Shown: one piece after another, positions 1-13,664 of the stretch
Layout of the letters: each line of letters opens with the position of its first letter
Position numbering within the stretch: position 1 is the first letter of the stretch
NCBI GenBank assembly: GCA_013239625.1
Contig: MU053448.1
Location: forward strand, 248,001-312,000
Reading direction: 5' to 3'
DNA length: 64,000 bases
Source: Lama guanicoe
Taxonomy: Eukaryota
Translations under genes and position numbers: made by a program
The notes under the pieces: generated by a model
The model's database searches: none
What the model was told of the DNA's origin: nothing
What the model saw: the letters and a program-made list of their open reading frames with translations, nothing else

Positions 1-269
1 AACTGGCTTTATAATACAAGGACGTTTAGACAATGGAATGCACTTTTGACATAAACATTTCGGGGTGAAATCTGCACTTTTTTCTGGGCATCTGCACAGG
101 ATGATGGGGGTCTTACAACCTCAGCTCCTGGGGGACGCCTTTTTCACGTGACACACACCCTAAGCACTGCGTATCCTTGCCTGTCTTCGATTGTGAACAC
201 AGTCTAGAGCGGGGGCTCTGAACCAACCCCTAACCATCCCCTATTTTATTCCTCTTGTTTTAGCTTTTT

Positions 270-397
270 AAATTGTTTCTATTGGAGGGGAGGAATTAGG
301 TTTTAATTTATTTATCTTAAATGGAGGTACTGGGCATTGAACCCAGGACCTTGTACATGCTAGGCATGCACTTTACCACTGAGCTACACCCTCCCCC
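270..397 (-). mobile_element. tRNA-derived SINE (Vic-1-like, camelid)
   Basis: Reverse complement reads GGGGGAGGGTGTAGCTCAGTGGTAAAG...GGTCCTGGGTTCAATGCCCAGTACCTCC (Pol III A/B boxes); flanked by TTTTAGCTTTTT at 258-269 and 402-413. Confidence 0.85.
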
Positions 398-582
398 TTC
401 CTTTTAGCTTTTTGTTTTTCCTTACTATAAATAATGCTTTGATGAACTTCCTTACCATGTAACATTTCAGTTGTGTTGGATTATTTCCTGAGGACACATT
501 CCTATAAATGGAATTATTAAGTCTATGTACAGGCAGCAAAGGAGAGAAACCTTATTTTCTAGCTTAAGATATAAGAGAATTT

Positions 583-698
583 GGGGGAGGGTGTAGCACA
601 AATGATAGAGCACATGCCTAGCACGCACGAGGTCCTGGGTTCAATCCCCAGCACCTCCTCTAAGAGTAAATAAACCTGATTACCTGCCCCAATTTTGA
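583..698 (+). mobile_element. tRNA-derived SINE (Vic-1-like)
   Basis: A/B-box head; 17-bp TSD AAGATAYAAGAGAATTT at 566-582 and 699-715 (1 mismatch). Confidence 0.88.
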
Positions 699-1374
699 AA
701 GATACAAGAGAATTTAACCTCAACAGATTGCATTATTCAGCTGGGTCTCCTCCTTGACATCCTCACGGAGACCACAGGAAACGCTTCTTCGGGGAGATGT
801 CACGGGCTCCCGAGTGAGGCAGGGTGGGCCAGGGGCAGAAACCCTTGGGGTCCTGGGGCAGCTCTCTTCGGAGCACACGGTGTCCTCATCACAGCTGGGG
901 GGTACGAACCCCATTTATAAGTGAGGATGTGATTTTAAGGGTGGCGTCGCTGGACTGTGTCCACCAAGCATCTCCTGACCCAGCTTGGAGCCCAGAGCAG
1001 CTGGCGCTCCCCCCGGGGAGGCCGCGGGTGGCAGCTCCTGGGAAACGCAGCCTGGCACTGCCCCCGGGGCGGGGACCCCGAATATGTGCACACTAGCCCC
1101 ATGAAAGCAGTGTAGGATGAACAGAGACTTTCCCGTCTTCCTTTGTATGTGAGAGAATGGGAGCATGTTTCACCATCAGTAAGAAAGATTCTGATGTAAT
1201 TGTCAGTGGTGGTTTGGTGGCCACTCGTGGCCACACTGTGCGTGTTTAGTCTGCTGTTGGGCTGTAAGGTTGTTTCTTGTTTCTCTTTTCTCACAAGAGC
1301 CTTTGTTAGTTGCCATAACAGAAGGTTGGGGTTTTTTTGTGTTTTGGCTTTTGCTTTTTGCTTTTTTAAATTTA

Positions 1375-1830
1375 CATTCCCAGAACTTCTTTATCTTATA
1401 ACTGGAAATTTATACCTTTTGCCTGCCCTTCACCCTTTTCTCCCATGCTCCACCTCTGGCACCCACCAGTCTGTTCTCCGAATTTACGAGTTTTGGGTTT
1501 TTTAAATTCCACAGGTGAGATCATGCAGCATTTGTCCTTCTCTGTCAGACTCCTTTCACTTAGTGTAATACTCTCAGGGTCCATCGACGTTGTCAAAAAT
1601 GGCAGGATTTCCTCCTCTTTTATGGCTGAGGAATATTAAATATGTGTGTGTGTATGTGTGTACACATACCACTGATTCTTCATCCATTTATCCATCAGTG
1701 GCCACTTAAGTGGTTTCCATATTCTTGGCTGTTGTGAATAACTGCAGTGAACACTGGGGTACAGATACCATTTTGAGTTAGTGTTTCCGTTTCCTTTGGA
1801 TAAATACCTAGAAAGTGGCACAGCTGGATC
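1375..1830 (-). mobile_element. L1 3' fragment, antisense
   Basis: Typical L1 3' motifs (ttccacaggtgagatcatgcagcatttgtcc, tatggctgag, tacctagaaagtggcacagctggatc). Confidence 0.75.
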
Positions 1831-1841
1831 AAAAGAGTTAA

Positions 1842-1946
<105 letters not shown>

Positions 1947-1996
1947 TGAGTCTGTGGTGTAAGATCTTGGGCGATTTGATCTGACATTTCCATTAA

Positions 1997-2233
<237 letters not shown>

Positions 2234-2833
2234 TAGATGTCATATGTTATGTGGCTGCGGGAACATCCTTAGAAGGAACTGAAATTTTGAAGACAAGCAG
2301 TTTCTCTTGGCTAACCCAACACACACCAGGAACTGCCTGGGGCGGCTCCTCTCCAAGAGCCCAAAAGTCAGAGCTTAAAAGAAAGCTGTGGGCACTGGTC
2401 AGCTCAGCGAGGCAGAGATGAGTCTTTTCTTGGCCATCACAGAGAATAAAGATACAGTGCTTGTTTTTTGTTTCTTTAAAAATAATGTTTATACATCACC
2501 AAAAGTTAGGAAAATTCAGAAAACAGTGGGGAAAATTTCATGTAATTCTTTGTACTGATCACCACCAATTCATATTTGGAAACATTTTCACCAGAGTTTT
2601 ATCTGTATTTTTGTGTTATCGAAGTGATGCTCTGGTTCACACGTTAGGACTCTGTAGTAGAGACGGAGCAATGTCTCGTCCTCATCCTTGTAACCTGTGG
2701 GGTGAGGCACATGCAGGCTGCTCCGTGCTGGAAGGTGGCCCTGAACCCCTTACAGGGGGGCGCTAACTGCCAGAACCAGGTTCTGCAGGGTCCCTGGGGA
2801 GGTTTGGGGTTTCTGTCAGTGGTGTAAGTGTAA

Positions 2834-3232
<399 letters not shown>

Positions 3233-3360
3233 TGATTGATAAGTTGACCCTGTGGTAAATTGAGCTTTTGCCTAGAAATCAAAGGTGTGCCCTCACTGAG
3301 CTTGGCCTGTCCTTGGCATCTTCTTTTAGCATCTGCTCTTAGTATTCACAATTCTGAAGT

Positions 3361-3396
3361 TCCCTGGTGGTCTAGTGGTTAGGATTTGGCGCTCTC
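3361..3396 (+). pseudogene. Tailless 5'-half retrocopy of tRNA-Glu(CTC)
   Basis: TCCCTGGTGGTCTAGTGGTTAGGATTtGGCGCTCTC matches the first 36 nt of mammalian tRNA-Glu-CTC with one C>T at a CpG; perfect 13-bp TSD TCACAATTCTGAA at 3346-3358 and 3397-3409. Confidence 0.85.
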
Positions 3397-3429
3397 TCAC
3401 AATTCTGAATTGACTTCAAAGAATAAATC

Positions 3430-3900
3430 ATTACACCTTACTATGGCAAAAAATACGGCAAAAGAATGAAGGAGGAAAGTTTTAAAAATTTAAAAGAAAC
3501 AGAGATAGGCAAAAAGGATTGAGAGAAAATCATGTAAAAGATGGTCAGTGAAGATCCAACACACGTATCACAGACGTCCCTGAGGACCAGAGCAACAACG
3601 TGGAACAAATATTAAAAATGGTATCTCAAGAAAACTTTGATGAGATGAAAAATGGAGTGTGTGTGTGGTGTTTGTATATGTATAGAGAGAAAGAGCACAC
3701 GCCTACATCATGTGCCTGGGAGAACTGACCCAAGGTGGCTAACACCGAGGAGTGTTGTAGTGAAAGTATTGGACTTTAAAGGAGAAGGGAAAGTCCCTTG
3801 GGTGTCTGAGCAGTGTGATCAGGGACAGAAAGTCCAATCGCCAGCAGGGAAGGAAGTGCAAATTAAGGATTTGGTGCCATTTCAATCTTCCAACAGTAAA
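3430..3900 (+). mobile_element. Ancient L1 ORF1-region fragment
   Basis: A-rich sequence with degenerate ORF1-like motifs (gaagatccaacacacgtat..., caccgaggagtgttgtagtgaaa). Confidence 0.45.
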
Positions 3901-4199
3901 GGCCGCAGGCAGGAACTCCAGGAAGACTGTTCCTTCCTGAGAAGCAGCTTCTGGGGTGGGGGTGTCCCCTTGGGGCGCCCTCTGGGCAGAGAGCATCTCT
4001 GTGGGGTGGGGGTGAGCAGGCCCCTCCAGTGCTTCCTCAGGATCCAGTGGCTGTCTGGGATCAGAGGCCCCCAGGGGCCCTCCCTGCAGCCTGGCTTGGG
4101 CTGGGCCACAGTATCTTCCCTGGCCTTGGTCTTACATGATTCAGATGAAAACCATTGGTTGAGGCTTTGACCGAGACCCATGCTGCCCAGTACAAGTAG

Positions 4200-4487
4200 A
4201 ATGCAGCCATGGAGATCGTTTTAAACATCACATTAGGAAAGGAAAAAGAAATAGGGGACATTAATTTTAATAATCTATTTTATTTAACCCACTATGCCCC
4301 CAAATGAACAGTTCAACACACAATCATTGTAAAAGCACACTGACGTGGGTAGCTTACGTTCTTTGCTTTCACACTCGGTTTCTGAAATCTTGTGTGTGTC
4401 TTCACTCATGGCACACCTCGCTTCAGACCAGCCACATTCTCATTGCCATATGTGGCTGGTGGCTATGCGTGGCTAGTGCAGACCTGG
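4200..4487. mobile_element. hAT-Charlie MITE (MER33-like)
   Basis: attaattttaataatctattttatttaaccca ... ccagccacatt...atgtggctggtggcta motif set. Confidence 0.6.
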
Positions 4488-4996
4488 GCAGGTTTGAGGA
4501 CAGTCAGTGTGACAGCCTGGGAGGCTGGCTCTGAACGTGCTGGCCTCTCTGTGGTGAGGCTGTGCTTGGGAACACCTTCAGGTGCCTTAGGGACGCTGAC
4601 TCAGGCCAACACCTGAGGACACACAGCCTGCCGGCGGGGGGCTGTGGACACATCCCAGTGCTCTCTGCCCCATGAGGGGGTTGGAGGCCAGCAGTGGACA
4701 ATGGGGAGGTGACTGCAGTGGAGAAAGGACAGTGGCCCTGGGGGTACAACTGTGGAAAGGAGGGCATTGCAGGAGTAGTGGAGAGGACGTGCTGAATTGG
4801 GGTGTGGGCAGCAAGCGCGTGTCCCCTGCCAGGCCCCCGTGTGCTCTTGGCCTAGCCCTCAGGCCCCACAGCGCAGCCCCTGGCCACCCACTCCCTGCTC
4901 TGTCCACCCCCGCCCCACTACCGCTGCCCGCATAGGGGGTGGAGGCTGCCGCACCAGGCCCGGATCTGTCCTCACACCCTGTCTCTGGTCCCGTAG

Positions 4997-5197
<201 letters not shown>

Positions 5198-5809
5198 TGA
5201 GCTCGCCGCCTCAGGGATGGTGCTGGGCGCCCCCGCCAACGGGCATCTAGCAGGATGGTCGCAGGGCCTCCACCCTGCCCCCCCGTCCCCCATCATTTCC
5301 CACGCCCAGGGTGCTTAGGCCCTCCTGGTCTCCCGTGTGAGCAGGGGCAGCCGTGGGCCAGCCCGAGGGAGTGCAGCGGTCGCGGCTCGGGCGGACCGCG
5401 TGGTGGGGCCGGGGCTCCCGTCCGGAGCAGCCCTGTGGCCCGGGGTAGGACCCATGCTGCCCGTGGACGGCGGCTGCCGGGTCTGCACTTTGAAGTCTGC
5501 AGACGGTGGAACGTGCTGGGCGCCTCTCTTTTTGTGGTTCTACTCTGAGATGTTGGGGCACATGAGGGTCAGCTGGTCAGCCACCCTCCCACCCACCTAC
5601 CATTTTACTCCTCTACTGAGCAGCGCAAAGCAGCCCACTGGGTGGGTGGCATGGCTGCTGGCCACAGGGTCGTGCGGTCCCGCCTTGTAAAGCGGCCCAC
5701 GTCCTGGGGTGGCCCTGGGGCGGCCCCTGCTCTCTGGGCGTCCACCTGCCTGAGGCTCGTCCTCCCTGCGCCCTGTTCTGTGTCAGCACACGCCAGGGAC
5801 ATGCAGGAG

Positions 5810-5925
5810 TGTGCGTGTATGTAAGAGAGTGTGTGTGAGTGAGTAATAGAGAAGTGGGGGAATATGAGTGATGGTGGGTGTGTAAGAGACAGTGTGTGCG
5901 TGTATGTGAGCATCTCTGTGAGTGT
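5810..5925 (+). repeat. Degenerate TG/GA low-complexity tract
   Basis: gtgtgcgtgtatgtaagagagtgtgtgtgagtgag... Confidence 0.6.
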
Positions 5926-6591
5926 CATCACCACTGCTTCAAAGTAAGTGTCTTTGGCTTTTACTTTGCTTCATTACTGCATCTCAACATCCCACCGCGT
6001 GTTGGCTTAATCATGGCTGATATCTAGGCCTAGATTTTTGTGCCTTGATCCAGAGGGACTGAGCTTTGAACCTGAGGGCAGAAGGGAGGCCCTTCTGCAG
6101 CCTGATCATACCTACTGCTGCCCTTGTCTGTCTGGGACCAGCGTTCGTTTTCTGGTGGGGAGGCAGACCTGTTCCTGGTGTGTGGAGCTGTGCCTCAGAG
6201 CCACTGGCCAGGCCCCTGGCAGCAGAGGGGACACGTGCTGGGTCCCCCTCCTTGGGTCAGGGGTCCCCATGGCTGGCTGGGTACAAGCCACCGGAACCAA
6301 ACTTGAGTGACCACCCATCCCTGTCAACTCTCTTTTCAGTGCCCACTTTCTTGAAATAGGTATTTTTCAAGTTGTTACAGAATTAACTGAAAAAATATTT
6401 TTATTATACAAGTAATGCTTCATAATTGTAGAAAAGCTAGATATCACATATATATTTATATACATGGAAATAATTAAATTCCTAATGATTTCCATTGTAA
6501 AAATGTTTTCTAGAGTTTTTGCCATACGGTCAAATATAATGTACATTTTTTATCTTGCAAAATAGTTGTTAACAGGCATGCTGTTAAATAA

Positions 6592-7000
6592 NNNNNNNNN
6601 NNNNNNNNNNNNNNNNNNNNNNNNNNNNNNNNNNNNNNNNNNNNNNNNNNNNNNNNNNNNNNNNNNNNNNNNNNNNNNNNNNNNNNNNNNNNNNNNNNNN
6701 NNNNNNNNNNNNNNNNNNNNNNNNNNNNNNNNNNNNNNNNNNNNNNNNNNNNNNNNNNNNNNNNNNNNNNNNNNNNNNNNNNNNNNNNNNNNNNNNNNNN
6801 NNNNNNNNNNNNNNNNNNNNNNNNNNNNNNNNNNNNNNNNNNNNNNNNNNNNNNNNNNNNNNNNNNNNNNNNNNNNNNNNNNNNNNNNNNNNNNNNNNNN
6901 NNNNNNNNNNNNNNNNNNNNNNNNNNNNNNNNNNNNNNNNNNNNNNNNNNNNNNNNNNNNNNNNNNNNNNNNNNNNNNNNNNNNNNNNNNNNNNNNNNNN
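6592..7000. other. Assembly gap (409 N)
   Basis: Run of n. Confidence 1.
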
Positions 7001-8179
7001 NAGGCGATCGCTCGGGAACCCAATGTCACGTGTGTCCGAGCTGCGAGCTTGGCACGTGTGCTGGCTGGGACCAGCATGATACAACCTCAGCCTCCTGACG
7101 CCCAGAGACCTGGGGTGCAGTTAGGGCAGGCATACACCGGAGCAGCGCTGGGGGCCTCTCCTTTGCATCAGTGCCAGCAAGAGCCATTCTGTATTTTTAG
7201 CGTGTCTTTGGGGGAACCCTTAATGCTTCATTACCTGGAAAAGGCGTTTTGTGTGTCCAGGGTGAGAACCGCAGTGTGCGCCTGGTGTTTTAATTCCTGC
7301 CTCAGGGTTTCCCGGGAGCTGCTTGCAGGAGCCCAGGACTGCCTTTGTCATCTGACTTATCTGCTTATTTTGCTGCTTATTTCTGATGCATGAGTTGTGC
7401 CTGGTGACTCTGGAAGGGCGCTTAGGTGGCCTGTGACTTCAGTGTAACCTGCACAGCTGCTCACTGCGACAGTGCTGTAGCCTTGGCAGTAAGCCAGCAG
7501 CTGGGCTCAGAGTCGGGCCTCTGGCTGGAACAGCACCGGAGGGTGTGCCCTGAGTGGGGTGTGGTGCTCCGCGAGGCTGTCCCACCACTGGCCGTGCTCA
7601 GGGAGGTGGCTGCCAAGTTTCTCCACTGGCATGATACCATTTTTCTGTTTGAAGTTGGTAAGTAATTTATAAGGAGATAATTTGAGACTTTAAATAAGCT
7701 GTTCCTTGTTAAAACTTGACCCACTGATTACAGCACCTGTTGGTGATTCTCACCCAAAGCAGTTCTCACTGCGGCGGCTGAACGGTGGTGATGTGGGAGC
7801 CTTTTCCTTCCATCTACAGGCAGTAGTTGGCATTCTGCTGTGTGTGCTTGGTCGTGCTTATTTATTTCTTTATTTATTGTGAGTGAGGACTCAGGGATCC
7901 CAAAGCAGGGTTATGATCTGTTACTGGCGTGAATTGATTTTGTGGCTCGAGTCGACTGTGTTTTGGCCAGTGGGATCCCCTCCCACCTCGCCTCTGTCTT
8001 CTGGGCGGTCCCCAGGGCTCTGCAGCCCTGCCCTGCCTTCTGCATCACAGGAGCTTCCAGGTTCATCTTGGAATTCTCCTACCTTATCCTTGAAATCTGT
8101 GATTCACCAGGACTCCTTTTAATGCAGAATATTTTAAAATTAAGCCAAGCCTGGGTGTTAGGTATGTCCTTGCCTCTGG

Positions 8180-8495
8180 TCCCTCTGGGACTCAGGGAAA
8201 GGACTTCTCTTGACTCTTCCCACTAGTGGTGTGGCCAGCGGTCCCCGGCCTGCAGCCACATCCCTCCAGCCTGTCTCTGTCTCTGTCGGTACGTGGCGTT
8301 TTCCTTCTGCGTCTCCGTCCTCTTCCTGTGAGGACGTGAGCCCTGCTATACTGGGTTAAGGGCACACTCTGCTCCAGAATGACTTCATCTTGACTAATCT
8401 GCAACAACCCTGTCTCTGAATAAGAGCGCATTCTGAGAGACTGATAGTTAGGGCTGCAAGTTCTGTTTTGTGGGGACACAGCTAAACCCCTCATG
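8180..8495. mobile_element. MaLR LTR (MLT1-like)
   Basis: ctccagaatgacttcatcttgactaatctgcaacaaccctgtctctgaataag...ttctgag motif typical of MLT1. Confidence 0.6.
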
Positions 8496-8814
8496 TTTAC
8501 ACGTGCCTCCTTCTGTCCAGCTGTCTGCGTTAAAGCCGTGAATTCACACTGCGGTTGTCAATTTCCGCTCAGCACCGCAGGCTTCGGTTCCATTCTTGTA
8601 ACTTCTTTCTACACTGAGGATTCTTGTTTCATCTTCTTAGTGTATTCCCTCATTTGCTCAGTCTAGAACGTGCAGAAAGTAGCTTCAGAATTACTGACCC
8701 TACCCACTTCAAAATGCAAACCTACTAACTGGCATTCAATATTTGTTTCCTTTTTTTTTGTCTTTAGATTGAGAAATACATATGGTCAAAACATGGTGTT
8801 TAACAGTTGTTTAT

Positions 8815-8940
8815 GGGGAGAGAGGAGGGTGTAGCTCAGGGGTAGAGCACGTGCTTAGCATGCACGAGGTCCTGGGTTCAATCCCAGTGCCTCCGTTAAA
8901 AAAATAAATAAACCTAATAACCTCCCCCCCCAAATTTTAA
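8815..8940 (+). mobile_element. tRNA-derived SINE (Vic-1-like)
   Basis: GTAGCTCAGGGGTAGAGCACGTGCTTAGCATGCACGAGGTCCTGGGTTCAATCCC head and AAATAAACCTAAT tail. Confidence 0.88.
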
Positions 8941-9714
8941 TGATAAAGTTGCTTAGGATAATGGAATATCAGAGTTTGGATTTACTTTTTTGCCTCAGAC
9001 AAGTGGGAATCTGGACACAATTCATGAAGCAACTGTTTTCACTGGATGTTCCCCTGAGGGAAAGGAAACAAGGGGTGTGGACTCTGACTTCCCTGGCTTT
9101 CTGCCTGGAAGCACTTTGGACATCTTGCTCCGTGGAGGAGACGGATTGGAAATCGAGGAAGCCGAGACGGCTGGAATTTGCAAGGCAGATTATGGGAGAG
9201 GAGAGAGGTAGGCAGAGAAACAGCTCCTGAGACCAACTTAGGGGCCCTTTTCAGTCTTTGCTTGAATTTTAAACTCCGTGCACAAGAGCAGCTGCTGTAG
9301 ATGGAACAGTTCCCAGAGCTCGCTGGGCCTTGCCTGCAAGAATGGAGAAACCTCACTGAGCACACGGGCACTCGAGAGAGTTGCCAGAAGGGCCTGTCTC
9401 AGTACCAGCCCTCGGGGAGTGACTGCCGCACACCCTGACAGGTCACGAAAGGATCCAGCTGGCTTGCAAGCAATTTAACCATCTGCCCACAAACACAACA
9501 CTCTTTGAAGGACAATGACAAAATCCAGCCACTCAGCAGCATGCCGCTTCTGTGGAAACGCGCTCAGTGCTGCGCTGCCCTCCCCTCAGATGCGCATGTT
9601 CATTTCATGCGCTGGTGTTGTTTTGACAGTTACATCCTTTGTTAATTTCTTAAAGTGCAATATGTGTTAATCAAGTTCTTAGAATTTAGTAATGAGCAAA
9701 TCTGTGTTTTTGTA

Positions 9715-10440
9715 ATCGACGCATAGTTGTTTTGCCATGTTGTGCTAGTTTCGCGTGTACAGCATAGTGATTCAGTCATATATATATATGTATTTGCCTG
9801 TTCTTTTTCAGATTCTTTTCTACTGTAGGTTATTCTAAGATACTGAATACAGTTCCCTGTATTACACAGTGAGGCCTTTTTGTTACCTATTTTACATATA
9901 GTAGTTAGTATCTGCTAATCCCAAACTCCCAATTAGCCCTCTCCCCACTTCCCCTTGGGTAACCATAGTTTGTTTTCTATGTCTGTGAGTCTGTTTCTGT
10001 TTTATACATAAGTTCATTTGTATCGGGGTTTTTTTGATTCCACGTGCAAGTGGTATCATATGATATTTGTCTTTCTCTGTCTAACTTCACTTAGAATGAT
10101 GATCTGTAGGTCCATCCATGTTGCTGCAAGTGGCATTAATTGATTCACTTTTATGGCTGAGTAGTTTTCCATTATATAGATATAGCACAGTTTCTCTATC
10201 CAGTCATTGTTGATGGCATTTAGGTTGTTTCCATGTCTTGGCTATTGTAAATAGTGCTGCTGCGAACACTGGGGTGCATGTGTCTTTTTGAGTTAGGGTT
10301 TTCTTCAGATATATGCCCAGGAATGGGATTGCTGGGTCATGTGGTAGCTTTATTTTTAGTTTTTTAAGGAATCTCCATTACCATTTTCCATAGTGGCTGC
10401 ACCAAACTAAATTCCCACCAACAGTGTGGGAGGGTTCCTT
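9715..10440 (-). mobile_element. L1 3' end/ORF2 C-terminal fragment, antisense
   Basis: gtacagcatagtgattcagt...acagttccctgt...atgcccaggaatgggattgctggg...attcccacaacagtgt. Confidence 0.85.
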
Positions 10441-10939
10441 TCATATTTTTTTAATCGTGCTTCTTTGCAAAAGTTTTATATGTTTAAACGAACCCTTCTG
10501 ATTTGAAAGTGTTAGCAGATTTTGATGTTTCTGCTTTAAGATCCAAGCATTTGATTTTCAGTGGCTTCTACTCTGTCAGGAAGCCACAGTCTCTTGGCCC
10601 AGCAAGTGTGCTTATAGACTCACCTCCTATTAGCATGTAACCAGTGACCTGAGTGACCGTGTCACTGCCCCAGTCTGCCTTCCTGCTCCAGTGCCCGCAT
10701 CATTGCAGTGTGCAGAGGCCCAGCCAGGCCCGAGCGCCTGGTCGTTCCCAGTTGGCAAAGGACTGAATTAGGCTTGAGGTGGTTCTGGTGCCAAGTTTAG
10801 AGACTGTTTATGTGCTGGATGGCCCTGGTGTTCTCACTCCGTTCCTCAGCTTTGGATACATTTCTCATACTTCAGAGTATTTGTGTCTCAGAATTTTCCT
10901 ACGTGATAATTACATCAATTAATTGGGAGGAAGCTTTAA

Positions 10940-11152
<213 letters not shown>

Positions 11153-13664
11153 TGAAGTTTAGTTTGAATCAGTTTAGTTGCAGTAATTTAAATGTATCAC
11201 GCCACGTATAAAACGTCACAGTTCCCTTCTATTGGCCCCTTTCTGACAAGTAATGTGGTGCTGGGCAGCCTTCTGGCCACGGAGTGGGTGTCGGCTGGAC
11301 CCAGCCTGACCGCCGGCACCAATGGAAGTGAGATGATTGGCAGATTTAAAGAATTCAGAACATCAAGCCAAGAAAGTGTGTGGAAGAGGCTTGGGGGCAC
11401 ATTTGTGACAGAGGGGCAGGGGGCCCGGCCAGGTGTGACACTTTGAAGGGAGGAGCTGAGGTGGGAGGGGGCACATGGGAAATAGCTGACACCGAGAGAC
11501 CACAGGCAAGTGGGCACAGGAAGCCCACTGGCTCCTGAGATGAGGCACGTGTCCGGGCCGACGGCGGCCAGGTATGCAGCGGCAGGGACGTTATTAAGCA
11601 TTAGTATTGTGAATATTTAAAGCACTCTTACAATTCGATGAGAGACACTCTGGTTAAAAAAGAAAAGAGCCAGATGCAATGAGCAGACCTTTCCCAAAAA
11701 TGTAGCAGAAAAATAAAAATAGGTCCCAGCCTCACCAGTGATTGAAGAAAAAGATATGACAGCAGTGAGAGGAATTTTGCCTCTCAGATCAGAGAAGGCT
11801 GGGGGCGGGAAACTGCATTAAGTGTGGCCGCAGGAGTGCACGTGAGACCGTGTGATTCGGGGCGGCCATCTGCCAGCGCTCACCATTATTTAAATGCTCT
11901 CTCTGGTGGGAAGCCGGACCCCTGAGGAAATAAATCACTCAAGTACAAAGTAAGGTCTGTTACCAGCATGATACACAACATCCTCATAAAAAAATGGCGG
12001 CAAACTCACAGGCCACCAAGAGCAGTAGAACAAGGTTCTGTCCAGGGGATGCAGTGCCATCACTGAAAAGGAGCACGCAGACCCTGCCGACAGGTCATGG
12101 GGCGCAAAGAAGTCAGCCTCCAAACAGGATGGTCCCGAGAAGGGGATGCCCTCAGGGAAGGATGTGCTGGTTTCCCTGGGTCTGCACAGCCTCTGGCCGG
12201 CCTCTTCCAGGTCTCTGGAAGGATGCAGTCCCGGGGAGAGGCCCATGGGGTGGTTCTGAGAGAGGCTCCCTAGCCTGGCACTGCTGGCCACCATGGGGTG
12301 AAGGCCCCTCGGCAGCATTCCCTCCGGGAGCGCTCGCACACGGAGGCAGCAGCGTTTCCACTTCTGTGCGACAAAGCCGTGAGCCCACGGGGTCCTGAGG
12401 CGCCGGGGGTCCCCCTTCCCACCTTCCGTGTCCATGGTGGGTGCTGCAGGCTGCCTGCAAAGCAGGTGTCCACCTGGGGTGGGGGGGAGGAAAGAATAAA
12501 TTATTCTTTTTAAAGCAACCAGTAGTGACTGAACTTGACTGTAGGATTTCAGCCTGTTTGAGAAATTACGTTTGTGTTATTTGTATTCTCACAGCCTAAA
12601 CCAGGACTTTTTATTAGAGTGTTTGGACTCGTAAAAAAGTCTTAACAAGTTTGCATGAACAATGCTGATGTTGGCTGTTCCTCTTACATGACACTTCTTT
12701 TGAAGATCAGAAAGAGGCGAAATGCCAAAGCCCAGTGCCGTGGAGCTGAGCCATGCTCCTCGTGAGAAGGCGCCGTCTCTGCGGCGCGAGGTGCGCCGCG
12801 CACGTAAGGTGCTTGCCGCTGTGAGGCTGTGGGATGCACGGGAATCCGATCGTTCTTTTGCTGGGAGTGGTGAGCTTGGGCTCGTGTCTCAAGTTCCGAC
12901 TTAGCTGAGTGCCCCCTTACGATGATGTCTGGTTAGTTCCTGGTAGTGGCACCGCTCTGAGTGAGCACGCTGGAGCAGGTCACTGGCGCTCTTTCCTGTA
13001 AGAGTGTCCGCACTTCCCAGCTGAAGACGCACAGTGGCGGGGCGTTAGAGAACCCAGGGCAGGTGACTAGTGAGTCTGGAGCCCGCGTCCTCTGGTTTCC
13101 AGGTGAGGCATCGGGCGTGGCCAGCAGTGTTTCTTGAGCTGAGCTGGGGGGCTCCCCTCCGGGTCTGAGTGGTTTACAGCGGAGGTTTTAGAATTTTGCC
13201 CTCTCCAGAGGCAGTGCCCCCTCCCCTCCCTCTCAGTAGTGACATCGCTCTAGTTTTGTTGTCCCTGGGATGTGCCATCCTTGGGGTGACTGAGGTCACC
13301 AGGAAGCCAAGCACTGGTCACGGGGAGCAGAGATTAGGTGTCACTGAGCCCCAGGTCCCAGGCACGTCGAGGGTGGCTTTGGGAGTGAAGTTTCTCACTT
13401 GTAACACGAGGCCATTTGATTTCACTCATGGTTTTTTTTTAGCATTACAACTTATTACCAAGAAAAACCTCCCCCAGAATCCCAGCATTGAAAGCACCGC
13501 TGTGCTTTGAGGAGGGACGGGGAGGAGGTTGTGTCTGAGCCCACGATCAGGACATGGTCCTTTCGAGTCTGATAGGGTCGTAGGCGTGGGTGTGGGATAG
13601 GTGTTTGACAGTGTTTCCACCGTGGTCAGTCTGGCATCTGATCATTGGTTTAGACTCAGACTTT

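Noticed and set aside
583..698. SINE heads as functional tRNA-Ala genes
   Set aside because: They have TSDs, A/C-rich tails and divergent stems; these are retroposed SINEs.
6569..6587. Small hairpin TTAACAG-gcatg-CTGTTAA beside the gap
   Set aside because: A 7-bp stem is expected by chance in 64 kb.
6550..7393. ORFs of 166-275 aa spanning the N run; possible hidden exon in the gap
   Set aside because: Artefacts of N translation. CYFIP1 reads continuously across the flanking exons (..STN R FVRT..), so no constitutive exon is missing.
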